This document shows, piece after piece, positions 56,001-64,000 of a DNA stretch of 64,000 nucleotides (position 1 is its first letter; every line of letters starts with the position of its first letter). Both the position numbers and the translations under genes were made by a program. This DNA is from Planctomycetota bacterium. Lineage in GTDB: Bacteria; Planctomycetota; UBA8108; SXIK01. The stretch lies in the NCBI GenBank assembly GCA_965223845.1, contig CBDCXR010000004.1, forward strand, positions 2,464,001-2,528,000, given 5' to 3'. The notes beneath the pieces were generated by a model that saw only the letters and a list, made by a program, of their open reading frames with translations, did no database searches and had not been told where the DNA came from.

Positions 56001-57186
56001 TCGGCTCGCCGACGACGAGAGTAGAGAGATAGATCGTGGGATCAGTCGCATTGGGCTCTTCCGGGAGCGGAACCCGGAACTCGCGGCTCGACGCTACGGG
56101 ATCCACCGACTCGAGCCAGGCGTTAGACCCTCCCTCCCGTCCGACGTGCCCGACGGGGTTGAACTTCCACAGCGCGTTCTGCCACGCTTCGATCTCCGAT
56201 GCGAGCTTCGCGCCCTCGGCCTCAGCCGCTTCCCGCCAGCGCGCACGAATCCCATCGAGAAGGAACGACGGGGACTCGGATCGAAGCGAGTCCCAAAGAA
56301 TACGCAGATACTTCGCGCTGAGCTTTCGTTCGCGCGCGACTTCTTCGACGGAACGAGACCCGGCGTCGAGCGCATCGCGCTCAGCGAGCGTCGCGGTGAG
56401 ATATCGCCCGAGCGGCAGTCGTCCCCCACGATTGGTATCGAACTGAATTCCCTGGAGATTCACGGCCGACGCGCCGCCGGTGTGCGTAAATGGCGCGTAG
56501 AACTCGCGGATGCGACGAACCGCGGCATCCGTCCAGTCCCGCCGCGTCGCGTAGGGGGAGAACGAGATTCGATCGGGTAAGAGCACTGCGTGCCGCGCAA
56601 CCTCCTTTGCGGCATCCAAGTACTTCGTGACGAGAGACGGCGACATGACGAGGGCATCACCCGTATTGGTAAACCCCTCACCGGCGGCTCCGTCGATCGG
56701 AAATTCGCGGGCGGGATCGAGCGTATCGACGCCGGTCAGATCGCGAATCGTGTAGGTGTACTGTGCGTTGCTCAGCCGGCGCAGCACGACGCGCCCGGGA
56801 TCGCCTGCGTGCGCCTCCGCCTCCGATCGGAGAAGCTCCCGCACCCAGTTCCGGAGCCGCTCGCGCTCCTCGTCCGTGGGCTGCTTCGCCTTCTTCGGCG
56901 GCATCTGACGCGAGTCGAGCATGCGGTCGACCTTCTGCCATACGCGGACGCCCGTTCGCACTTCCGCCGCAGTCGGATACGCCGCAAGATCGATGTCCGC
57001 CTCGGTGCGTTCGGCGGAATGGCAACGAACGCAGTAGCGCTCGAGTAAAGGTCGGACGGCCGCCGCGTACTGCTCGTCGAGCTCGCTCGGCTCGGGAGCG
57101 ACGGGATTCGCCTGGCCGTACGAGACTCCGGCCGCGACGACGGTGATTCCGAAGGCGAGCGCGATCCGTGTCGACCAGCTCCTCAT
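53077..57186 (-). CDS. DUF1592-family protein (planctomycete cytochrome c, DUF1587/1595/1592/1588/1585)
   Basis: YCVRCH, MPP, RRLSNAQY, AWRRP, LANRLSYFLWASMPD, TSPILRG, CAKCH, YALGR. Confidence 0.9.
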   Translation of the reverse strand: MRSWSTRIALAFGITVVAAGVSYGQANPVAPEPSELDEQYAAAVRPLLERYCVRCHSAERTEADIDLAAYPTAAEVRTGVRVWQKVDRMLDSRQMPPKKAKQPTDEERERLRNWVRELLRSEAEAHAGDPGRVVLRRLSNAQYTYTIRDLTGVDTLDPAREFPIDGAAGEGFTNTGDALVMSPSLVTKYLDAAKEVARHAVLLPDRISFSPYATRRDWTDAAVRRIREFYAPFTHTGGASAVNLQGIQFDTNRGGRLPLGRYLTATLAERDALDAGSRSVEEVARERKLSAKYLRILWDSLRSESPSFLLDGIRARWREAAEAEGAKLASEIEAWQNALWKFNPVGHVGREGGSNAWLESVDPVASSREFRVPLPEEPNATDPTIYLSTLVVGEPSESDVVVWRNPRLEGGGKPALSIRVIDDVYRRIEHRRREFFESTEECLGVAAKFRAGNDIGELARRHSVEAEFLRLWIDFLALGDAPPVRVSGHFTETLRNGGGYDFVNGWGSGATPSIVANASDQEVRIPGIARPRSIVVHPSPSHSASIGWLSPIEGTVRVRARIADAHPECGNGVEWVVQHHTGREIGALAKGEFGTRGSAEVKETTITVRPEQLVSVVVGPRAGNHACDLTAVELVISEVGGDERVWDLAKDVSGDLLAGNPHVDGYGNATTWHFYSEPMADVVKDSRQTSGPPAGSLAARWLAEADPAKKTELAAGVELLVLGAPPENRDSPDGVLFAQLRSLAVPNDLSVFAEELESDPRFGKHPLGLDVRANDLVVRVPDVQTIRIPAELAAGRELVVTGSVGRKNAGSAQLFMTTKPMESPEPVASAPIFAPDRGEARLRVDAALAEFRALFPLALCYVRIVPVDEVVTLTLFHREDDHLKRLMLDEAEAAELDRLWNELRYIHREPLRLVVAFEQIAEFATQDRPDLVVAFKPLGVKIRARAERFRRELIGSEPKHLSAVLEFADRAWRRPLTGDEAAGLLELYRDLRTRDILHEDAVRLVIARVLTSPQFLYRMEAPESDDGAAPISTYELANRLSYFLWASMPDASLRRAAESGELLSEETLLAETRRMLADPRTRRLAIEFGCQWLHIRGFDVNAEKNEALYPQFADLRGAMYEESIQVFEHFFRDDGSVLDLIGADYAFLNETLAKHYGVDGVTGDEWRRVSGMRERNRGGILAMAAVLASQSGASRTSPILRGNWVSETLLGERLPRPPPNVPQLPDAVPEGRTARELIEKHSSVPECAKCHARIDPYGFALEQFDAIGRERPERVDTKTTLVDGVEIEGLEGLRTYLLGARRADFLRQFCRKLLGYALGRAVQLSDEPLLEEIERRLAANAYRVSVAIETIVTSPQFREIRGRSITEEN

Positions 57187-57662
57187 CGGCTCGCTCCTCG
57201 CGTTCGTGAACGCAGAACTCTCGTCGCTCAGATGGCACGGTGATTCGAGATCGTCGCCCGGTACGACTCGCCGCCCCATGCCGACAGCCACGTTATCCGA
57301 ATCTCGGATGGTCAACAACTGCGGCCGAGCGTGCACGCAAGATTGGAGAAGGCCTTTCGAGAACCATCTCGCTCTTCCAAACGCTCCGATGACTGCGCTC
57401 GAGCATCGGGCAAAGTTAGGGGGAATGCGTCTTCGAGCCCTCTGATTAAGAAGTAGGATCGCTCGTTCATCTCGAGTACGGTGGAATCGGTTTGGAGAAC
57501 GAACTCCACGGTAGGATCGGGTGGACGGAGGCAGTGCGAGGCGGTTTCGAGGCAGTCGACGTAGGCTTCGACGCGCGAGTTCGCACGTCACACACCAGAG
57601 GCACGCCGCTGCCGCGAACTGGTCGCTCCCGATCTCTAGGGAATCACCTTAGCGGAGGGACC

Positions 57663-58460
57663 ATGAACGACACGAGATACTCGCGTCGGCGCTTCATCTC
57701 GACGGCTGCATGCTCGGCGGGCGTGCTTGCGCCAGGCGTCGCTCGATTGGCGACGCTGAGTGCGAGCGTTTCGGACGCCGAGTTTCCGTCTCCATACGGC
57801 GACGTTGCGATCGCATATCAGCGCGATAGCGAATCCATCGCCACGCTCTTCGAAGCCCGCGCGGCGGTGGAGCCCGGTACCGAGGAAACCGCTCCCCTAC
57901 CGGAGCTTCCTCGATCGGCACGCCTCGTCGACGCACGCGGGATCGCGTCGGGTGATTCCGCGTTCGCCCATCGCGGTGCGCGCGTGACCATTCGAGGCAT
58001 CGCTCCCCGAGCGGGCACTGAGATTGCGCCCGTCGAGATGTTCGCGCACTCCCTCGAGTGGCCGGTACCCGTTCGCTTCTGGTCCGCAGATTCCGCCGCG
58101 ACACTCGCGGGAAGAAGCTCGGGGGCGATGACGATCCCCGTTTCACGGCGAGAGGGCTTCGCACTTTCCTTCGAAATCGGTGCCGAGAACCGGGAGAGCC
58201 AGAGTCTCGAGACGCTCAGCGATCAAAAAGCGCTGGGTCGCCAGGTATTCGCGCGGTTCGCGATCGACGGCGCACGCGGGACTCCGAAGCTGCGGCGCGG
58301 GATCTACGTAGTTCGGTGGAGTGACCGTCGCCTTTCGAAGGCGCGGTGTTGGGATCGATGCGTCCTGGATTTGGAGGAGCAACGGTTGATTCGTTCGAGT
58401 GGGCAGGGCTCGGAGCTGAAGGCTGCGTGCGCTCTCGTCAGTGTCGATTACGCCAGTTAG
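57663..58460 (+). CDS. Hypothetical protein with twin-arginine signal
   Basis: GGAGGGA RBS; SRRRFIS Tat motif followed by a hydrophobic stretch. Confidence 0.65.
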   Translation: MNDTRYSRRRFISTAACSAGVLAPGVARLATLSASVSDAEFPSPYGDVAIAYQRDSESIATLFEARAAVEPGTEETAPLPELPRSARLVDARGIASGDSAFAHRGARVTIRGIAPRAGTEIAPVEMFAHSLEWPVPVRFWSADSAATLAGRSSGAMTIPVSRREGFALSFEIGAENRESQSLETLSDQKALGRQVFARFAIDGARGTPKLRRGIYVVRWSDRRLSKARCWDRCVLDLEEQRLIRSSGQGSELKAACALVSVDYAS

Positions 58461-58480
58461 CGCGAGGGGGTTGAGTAGAG

Positions 58481-60013
58481 ATGAAACAATCAAGGACAGT
58501 CTTCGTCGCCGCTTTCACGATCGTTGCGGTGTTTGCAGTCGACTCCGCCCAGGCGATTCCGATCATTTTCACGGACCGGGCTTCCTGGGACGCCGCGGTG
58601 CTCGCGGGCATCTCCAATGCAGAGATCCGGAAGGAGGATTTCAACGGCCAACCGCTCACTCCGGGGTCGTACGGGGACGTCGGCTACGGCCTGCCCGCCG
58701 GCGCGACGGTCCTCAATCCCGACCTTTCGATGACCCTCAACGATGTCGGAAACGGCGGAAGCCAGACCGGAATCGTGCCCGCGGGTGAGCACGACGGGAC
58801 GCAGGCGCTGAGACTTCGCGTCGTCCCCGACAGCTCGGACATCATCCCGAACGTCCTCCTCGGCGAGGGATGCGAAAGCATCGACTTCAACTTCACCGGA
58901 CCCACCGTGTTCGCGTTTGGCATCGAGTTCGAGACCGCGACGACCCACGACGGCGTGCGGCTTCAGGTGAACGGGGTCAACATTGACGTCGCGAACCACT
59001 ATCCGGAGACGAGCACGAACGACGGCGACGGCTTCCTCGGGATCATCGACATCGACGGCATCGCGTCCATTCGGATGATTCCCGACGACGAAGATCCGGT
59101 GTTCGCGGGCGAGGAGTTCGAGATCGACGAGTTCGAATACGCGATCGAAGGACCCGACCCGAACGACACGACTCCCCCGTCGTGCCGGCTGACCGCGTTC
59201 AACCCCGGCCCCCCGACGAGCATCGAGGTTACGTTCCAAGACGGTGAGAGCGGTCTGTCCGCGATCAACGTCCTAGTCGCCAACAACGCGATCGTCGTCA
59301 TCCCGCCGTTCGCTCCGGGTACAACAGACCCCGTGACCATCGTCGCGACGAAGATCGACCAGGCTCAGTCGGCGCAGGTGATCGTCGAGGCGTTCGATGT
59401 CGACGGAAACCGCGTCGTGTGCGACCCCGTGACCTTCGAGCTCGCCGTCGCGCCGGGCGAGACGGTGGAGTACGTGGTCACGGATATTCCGGAGATCGAA
59501 GGCTGGGTGACGGTCTACAACGAGACGCCCGGTTTCGAGCGGCTCTCCGTCGACGTGAACGGTCTCTCGACCTACACGATCAACAACCTTCAGCCCGGCG
59601 AGATCCGCACGATCAGCGTCTTCCCGCACATGGTCGCCGGTGCGAACACGATGACGTTTATCTCCAACGACGGCGTCGGTGGACTCGCGACGATTCTCAT
59701 AAGCGACGTTCCGCCTCCCTCGCCGTCGGCAAACACGCCACTCTTCGTCCGAGGCGACTCGAACACGGACGGGGTCGTCGACCTCTCCGATTCGATTCAT
59801 CTCCTCGACGCACTCTTCGTAAATCGGAGGCCGTTCGACTGCACCGACGCGAGCGACGCGAACGACGACGGAAACACCGACGTCTCCGACGCCGTGTACG
59901 TGCTCAACTACCTGTTCGTCGGCACCGCGCAGCCTCCGGCTCCCTACCCGGAGTGTGGAGGAGACGCCAGCGCGGACGCTCACGGCTGCGGTAAGAACGA
60001 GGCTTGCTTCTAA
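58481..60013 (+). CDS. Secreted beta-rich protein with C-terminal dockerin-like module
   Basis: Signal peptide AQA-I; FTDRASWDAA / FAFGIEF / FLGII domain; FVRGDSNTDG..DASDANDDG..PPAPYPECG. Confidence 0.8.
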   Translation: MKQSRTVFVAAFTIVAVFAVDSAQAIPIIFTDRASWDAAVLAGISNAEIRKEDFNGQPLTPGSYGDVGYGLPAGATVLNPDLSMTLNDVGNGGSQTGIVPAGEHDGTQALRLRVVPDSSDIIPNVLLGEGCESIDFNFTGPTVFAFGIEFETATTHDGVRLQVNGVNIDVANHYPETSTNDGDGFLGIIDIDGIASIRMIPDDEDPVFAGEEFEIDEFEYAIEGPDPNDTTPPSCRLTAFNPGPPTSIEVTFQDGESGLSAINVLVANNAIVVIPPFAPGTTDPVTIVATKIDQAQSAQVIVEAFDVDGNRVVCDPVTFELAVAPGETVEYVVTDIPEIEGWVTVYNETPGFERLSVDVNGLSTYTINNLQPGEIRTISVFPHMVAGANTMTFISNDGVGGLATILISDVPPPSPSANTPLFVRGDSNTDGVVDLSDSIHLLDALFVNRRPFDCTDASDANDDGNTDVSDAVYVLNYLFVGTAQPPAPYPECGGDASADAHGCGKNEACF

Positions 60014-60116
60014 GCGCAATCGGTACGACGCGCCGGTCGGTCCGCATCACGATGCGATCGCCCGGCGCGTCGGAAACCCGATCGAATCACCAAGGAACCA
60101 CTCTCGAGGAAGCATC

Positions 60117-60698
60117 ATGGCCGATGTTCAAGGCAATCCCACCATCGGCGTCATCGTCGCGTGGGCGCCGAATTTCGCGCCCCGAGGATGGGCGCTCTGT
60201 AACGGACAACTTCTTCAGATCAGCCAGAATCAGGCGCTGTTTTCGATCCTCGGAACGACCTTCGGCGGTGACGGCCGCGAGACGTTCGGGCTGCCGGACC
60301 TACGCGGTCGGGTAGCGTCTCACCCCACTGGTACTCCGTTTCGGCTGGGAACTAGAGTCGGTGCTGAAACGGTTGCCCTGTCCGGCTCCCAGGTACCGCC
60401 CCACTCCCATCCCATCATGAACAATCCGGTCGACGTTCAGGCCACTTCGAACGAAGGCGACGCGCTTCTTCCGGCCGCGGATCTCCGCCTCGCGGCCGCG
60501 AAGACAACGACTCTCATCGACGTCAATCTCTACAGCGATCAGGCTCCCAATACGACGGTCGGCGGTGTCGAAGTGACGGGTAACGGAGGACTCATCGCGC
60601 AGAACTCGGGCGGAGGCCAAGGACACGCGAACATTCAGCCGTACACGGCGCTCCACTACATCATCGCGCTCCAGGGCGTCTATCCCTCGCGCAACTGA
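60117..60698 (+). CDS. Phage tail-collar domain protein (MdpB-like) 1
   Basis: NFAPRGWALCNGQLL..NQALFSILGTTFGGDG..LPDLRGR; C-terminal GVYPSRN. Confidence 0.9.
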   Translation: MADVQGNPTIGVIVAWAPNFAPRGWALCNGQLLQISQNQALFSILGTTFGGDGRETFGLPDLRGRVASHPTGTPFRLGTRVGAETVALSGSQVPPHSHPIMNNPVDVQATSNEGDALLPAADLRLAAAKTTTLIDVNLYSDQAPNTTVGGVEVTGNGGLIAQNSGGGQGHANIQPYTALHYIIALQGVYPSRN

Positions 60699-60725
60699 GC
60701 CCCGGTCGGAACAGGAGAACTACTT

Positions 60726-61292
60726 ATGGACGGCACGATCGGAGAAATCGTTCTCTTCGGCGGAACCTTCGCCCCGAGGAACTGGGCGTTTTGCGAGGGT
60801 CAGCTCCTTCAGATCAGCCAGAATCAGGCGCTCTTTTCGGTCCTCGGGACTGCATTCGGCGGCAATGGCGAAACGAGCTTCGCGCTACCCGATCTGCGCG
60901 GCCGCGTTCCCGTCGGTGTCGGGGCGGGTACGGGCCTCTCGACGTACGCCAATCCAGGAGTCCGCGCCGGCGCGAACAGCATCGCGCTCACAGCCGGGCA
61001 GATCCCGCCTCACGGTCACGCCGACGGCGGCTCGAGTCCGACCGTGAAGCTTCGGGCGCACGCGGCGAATCCGGCGGACGCGGAGATCCCCGATCCCGGA
61101 AACATCATCGGGCAGAATGCCGCCGTGGCCGCATTCTCGACGTCGGACGACCCCACGACGCTCGCAAGCCTCGGCGGTCCGGCGGTCACAGTGGGAAACG
61201 GAGGCGGCGGTCAAGCCCACGAAAACCGCCAGCCCACGCTCGGTGTTCATTACGTGATCTGCCTCGTCGGAATCTTCCCCTCGAGAAACTGA
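60726..61292 (+). CDS. Phage tail-collar domain protein (MdpB-like) 2
   Basis: IGEI.LFGGTFAPRNWAFCEGQ..LPDLRGR; HENRQP; GIFPSRN. Confidence 0.9.
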   Translation: MDGTIGEIVLFGGTFAPRNWAFCEGQLLQISQNQALFSVLGTAFGGNGETSFALPDLRGRVPVGVGAGTGLSTYANPGVRAGANSIALTAGQIPPHGHADGGSSPTVKLRAHAANPADAEIPDPGNIIGQNAAVAAFSTSDDPTTLASLGGPAVTVGNGGGGQAHENRQPTLGVHYVICLVGIFPSRN

Positions 61293-61360
61293 ACTCGCCG
61301 ATCGATGCGGCAAGAAGAGCAGAATACACCGAGAACAGAACCGGCGATTAGGAGATACGA

Positions 61361-61930
61361 ATGCAAGGCACATTAGGGACCGTTCAACTGTTCGCGGGGA
61401 ACTTCGCTCCCCGAAACTGGGCGTTTTGTGACGGTCAGCTCCTCAACGTTTCGAGCTTCACCGCGCTCTTCTCACTCCTCGGCTCGACTTACGGCGGCGA
61501 CGGAAGAACGACCTTTGCTCTCCCCGATCTCCGCGGGCGAGTGGCCGTCGGAGAAGGGCAGAGCCCTGGACTCTCGCGCTACCGATTGGGACAACGCGGC
61601 GGCGCCGAGCAAGCCTCGGTCTCGGTCAACCAGCTCGGCTCACACACCCATCCCGTATCGGTCGGAACCACGCTCCCGGCATTCAACGGGCCGGCGAATC
61701 AGCACGAGCCGGGAACGGGTCGCGTTCTCGCGCAGCCCACGGCTCAGGGCGCGACCGGCCTTACGATGTACCAGGCGACCGAAGCAGCCGACGTCGATCT
61801 TCAGACAGACGGCGCGGGCAGCCTCGCGCTCGGCGATACGGGCGGCGGGCAGACGCACGAGAACCGGCAGGAGGTGCTCGCGCTGCGGTATATCATCTGC
61901 ATCGTGGGGCTGTTTCCGTCGCGGAACTGA
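61361..61930 (+). CDS. Phage tail-collar domain protein (MdpB-like) 3
   Basis: FAGNFAPRNWAFCDGQ..YGGDGRTTFALPDLRGR; GLFPSRN. Confidence 0.9.
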   Translation: MQGTLGTVQLFAGNFAPRNWAFCDGQLLNVSSFTALFSLLGSTYGGDGRTTFALPDLRGRVAVGEGQSPGLSRYRLGQRGGAEQASVSVNQLGSHTHPVSVGTTLPAFNGPANQHEPGTGRVLAQPTAQGATGLTMYQATEAADVDLQTDGAGSLALGDTGGGQTHENRQEVLALRYIICIVGLFPSRN

Positions 61931-61979
61931 CCGGCAAGGCCTAAAACGAATCGAGAGTGATCTTCGGCCAGGCCGCGAG

Positions 61980-62031
61980 CTATGCCCTGATCGAGTGCGA
62001 GAAGCGCTCGGTCAGGGCATAGTTCTTTTTT
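61980..62031 (+). terminator. Intrinsic terminator after the tail-collar triplet
   Basis: CTATGCCCTGATCGAGTGC-GAGAA-GCGCTCGGTCAGGGCATAG followed by TTCTTTTTT. Confidence 0.75.
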
Positions 62032-62104
62032 GAACATCTTTCCGCGAGAACTCGAACGTCGAAGCTCGTAGGCACGGCCGGCCCGACTGCGGTAGAGTCT
62101 CGGC

Positions 62105-62398
62105 ATGACAGAGATCACCCACGAACTATTCACTGAGCATCTGAATCAGATGTTTCGTATCGTCGCTCCCGACCGCCCCCCCCTCGAGCTCGAGCTGACC
62201 GAAATCGAGGTGATCGACCCCGGCGTCGAACTCAAGGGGATGCGCCAGCCGTTCACGCTCATTTTCACCGGATCGCGCGACGACGTCCTTCCCGAAGGAA
62301 CGTACGCGGCCGAGCACGGAGAGCTCAGTGTGAGCCTCTACTTCATTCCGATCACGACCCTGGGTGCGCGGCAGGACTATCAGGTCGTGTTCAACTGA
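62105..62398 (+). CDS. DUF6916-like protein
   Basis: F..HLNQ.F..LELTE..RQPFTLIF.G..LPEGTY..H..FIPI..YQVVFN. Confidence 0.75.
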   Translation: MTEITHELFTEHLNQMFRIVAPDRPPLELELTEIEVIDPGVELKGMRQPFTLIFTGSRDDVLPEGTYAAEHGELSVSLYFIPITTLGARQDYQVVFN

Positions 62399-62508
62399 GC
62401 GGGATCGACGAGCGCCGGCGCCCCGGAGAAACGCGCGCATCCTCCCGACGTGCCGTACAATGGCCCGCTCGGTGGATGGCGTTACGTAACTAAGCGAAGG
62501 GAATCTCC

Positions 62509-64000
62509 ATGTCGACCCGATGGACCGGGGCGGTCCTCCTGGGTGTGCTGTTGTGCATCGCGAGTCCGTCTCTTCACGGCCAAGAGACGCTTTTCGTTCG
62601 CGGAGACGCCAATCGAACGAACTCCGTCGAGATCGGCGACGCGCTCGCGATCCTTCGTCATCTCTTCGTCGCGGATTTCACGGTCGGTTGTGAAGCCGCC
62701 GCCGACGCCGACGACTCGGGCGGGGTCAATATCGCCGACGCGATGTTCCTCCTCGAGTTTCTCTTCCAAGACGGACCGCCGATCCCGGCACCGTCTCCGC
62801 GATGCGGACCCGATCCGACGCCCGACGGTCTCTCGTGTGACGCCTCGCCGTGCGGTGAAATCGAAAACTCGATCCGGATCAGCGAGGTGATGGCTTCGAA
62901 CTCGGACACTCTCGTCGACTCGGACGGAGACAGTTCCGACTGGTTCGAGCTCGCGTTTCTCTCCGACGCGCCGGCGGATTCCATCGACCTCGGCGGGTGG
63001 TACGTGACGGACGACCCAACTCTGAACGAGCTCTGGCAGATCCCCGCCGGGGTCTCGATCGAGCGGGGCGGCTTTCTCGTGATCTTCGCGTCGGGAAAGG
63101 ATCGGGCTGTCGCCGGAGAGGAGCTGCACGCGGACTTTCGGCTCGACGCGGACGGCGACTACGTCGCGCTCGTCGGTCCCGACGGCGTCACCGTCGTCGA
63201 TGAGCTCGCGCCGGCGTACCCAGAACAGCTCGGAGACATCTCCTACGGTCTCGCGCAGTCGACGACGACGCTCGTCGAAGCGGGGAGCGCCGTTCGCTAC
63301 CTCGTGCCAACGGCAGACGACGCGGCGCTCGGGCAGTCCTGGACGGCTCTCGATTTTGCCGACGGCAGCTGGACCGCGGGAAACCTCGGCCTCGGCTTCA
63401 GTGACATCGATCAGGACGGCTTCGACGTCATTTACATGAAGGCGAACATCATCGTCGATCACATCGACGATGCCGACGACGTCCGTCGGAACAGCGGCCT
63501 GCGAAGCTCGCTGACGCGTGTGTCGGCGTCCTTCATCAACTACTTCAACACCGGTGGGCGCGGAAACTTTGCGAGCGACCGCCCGTTTCCGAGTCTCGGC
63601 TTCTCCGACGTGAACGATTTCGTCGTCCTCGTGCGCGGCACGATTCTCATCCCGAGCGCTGGGCCGTGGAGCTTCGGCGTCAACAGCGACGACGGCTTCA
63701 GCCTTCGGATCTGGAACGATTCCCAGTCGTTTGAGATGGCTCACCCGCAGCCTCGCGCGCCCGCGGACACGATCGAAGGCTTCACCTTCGCGGAGGCCGG
63801 TCTCTACGACGTCGACCTGCTCTTCTACGAACGAGGCGGCGGCGCGAGTCTCGAGTTCTTCGCTGCTCAGGGCAACCGATCGAGCTTCACGTCTGACTTC
63901 AAGCTCGTCGGTGACACGGCGAACGGCGGCCTCGCGCTCGCCGGGTTCGCCTCGGACATCGAGGACGACATCGCGAACGAAATGCAGGGAACGAACGCGT
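62509..64000 (+). CDS. Large secreted protein: dockerin-like, lamin-tail and PA14-like domains (runs off window; not in ORF track)
   Basis: MSTRWTGAVLLG signal; FVRGDAN..AADADDSG; IRISEVMASN..DSDGDSSDWFEL..DLGGWYVTDD (LTD); SFGVNSDDGF (PA14). Confidence 0.85.
   Translation, partial: MSTRWTGAVLLGVLLCIASPSLHGQETLFVRGDANRTNSVEIGDALAILRHLFVADFTVGCEAAADADDSGGVNIADAMFLLEFLFQDGPPIPAPSPRCGPDPTPDGLSCDASPCGEIENSIRISEVMASNSDTLVDSDGDSSDWFELAFLSDAPADSIDLGGWYVTDDPTLNELWQIPAGVSIERGGFLVIFASGKDRAVAGEELHADFRLDADGDYVALVGPDGVTVVDELAPAYPEQLGDISYGLAQSTTTLVEAGSAVRYLVPTADDAALGQSWTALDFADGSWTAGNLGLGFSDIDQDGFDVIYMKANIIVDHIDDADDVRRNSGLRSSLTRVSASFINYFNTGGRGNFASDRPFPSLGFSDVNDFVVLVRGTILIPSAGPWSFGVNSDDGFSLRIWNDSQSFEMAHPQPRAPADTIEGFTFAEAGLYDVDLLFYERGGGASLEFFAAQGNRSSFTSDFKLVGDTANGGLALAGFASDIEDDIANEMQGTNA

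Noticed and set aside
60117-61930. Prophage inferred from tail-fibre-like genes
   Set aside because: No capsid, terminase, tail tube, baseplate or lysis genes nearby

Overview
High-GC bacterial chromosome segment, almost certainly Planctomycetota. The evidence is a planctomycete-type ECF sigma/Ser-Thr kinase pair, a DUF1592/DUF1552 pair, a PVC-type heme-binding dehydrogenase, a sulfatase and five proteins with dockerin-like modules. Bases 1-11.6 kb look like core genome: a HerA-like ATPase, a methyltransferase, tRNA-Pro, a dockerin-cohesin-dockerin protein, a degenerate BY-kinase/MinD-like gene coupled to a ParB-HD-GYP fusion, a double winged-helix protein and tRNA-Asp. A decayed, mosaic island of about 19 kb starts right after tRNA-Asp. 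It carries two excisionase-like HTH genes and two shuffled copies of a TIR / XRE / 36-38 aa membrane-peptide scaffold. Its other cargo is a PD-(D/E)xK nuclease, a TIGR04255-like/unknown/PIN-like triad, a frameshifted IS with inverted repeats, a dockerin-S8 protease, and an orphan Cap15-like 2TM-beta effector paired with a catalytically atypical SDR. Bases 31-57 kb hold an EEF1AKMT1-like methyltransferase, an ECF-kinase operon whose first gene is a stand-alone copy of the kinase's own sensor domain, metY and typical planctomycete secreted enzymes. The window ends with a non-phage tail-collar triplet locus between dockerin surface proteins. All family calls come from motif recognition by eye; no database search was run.
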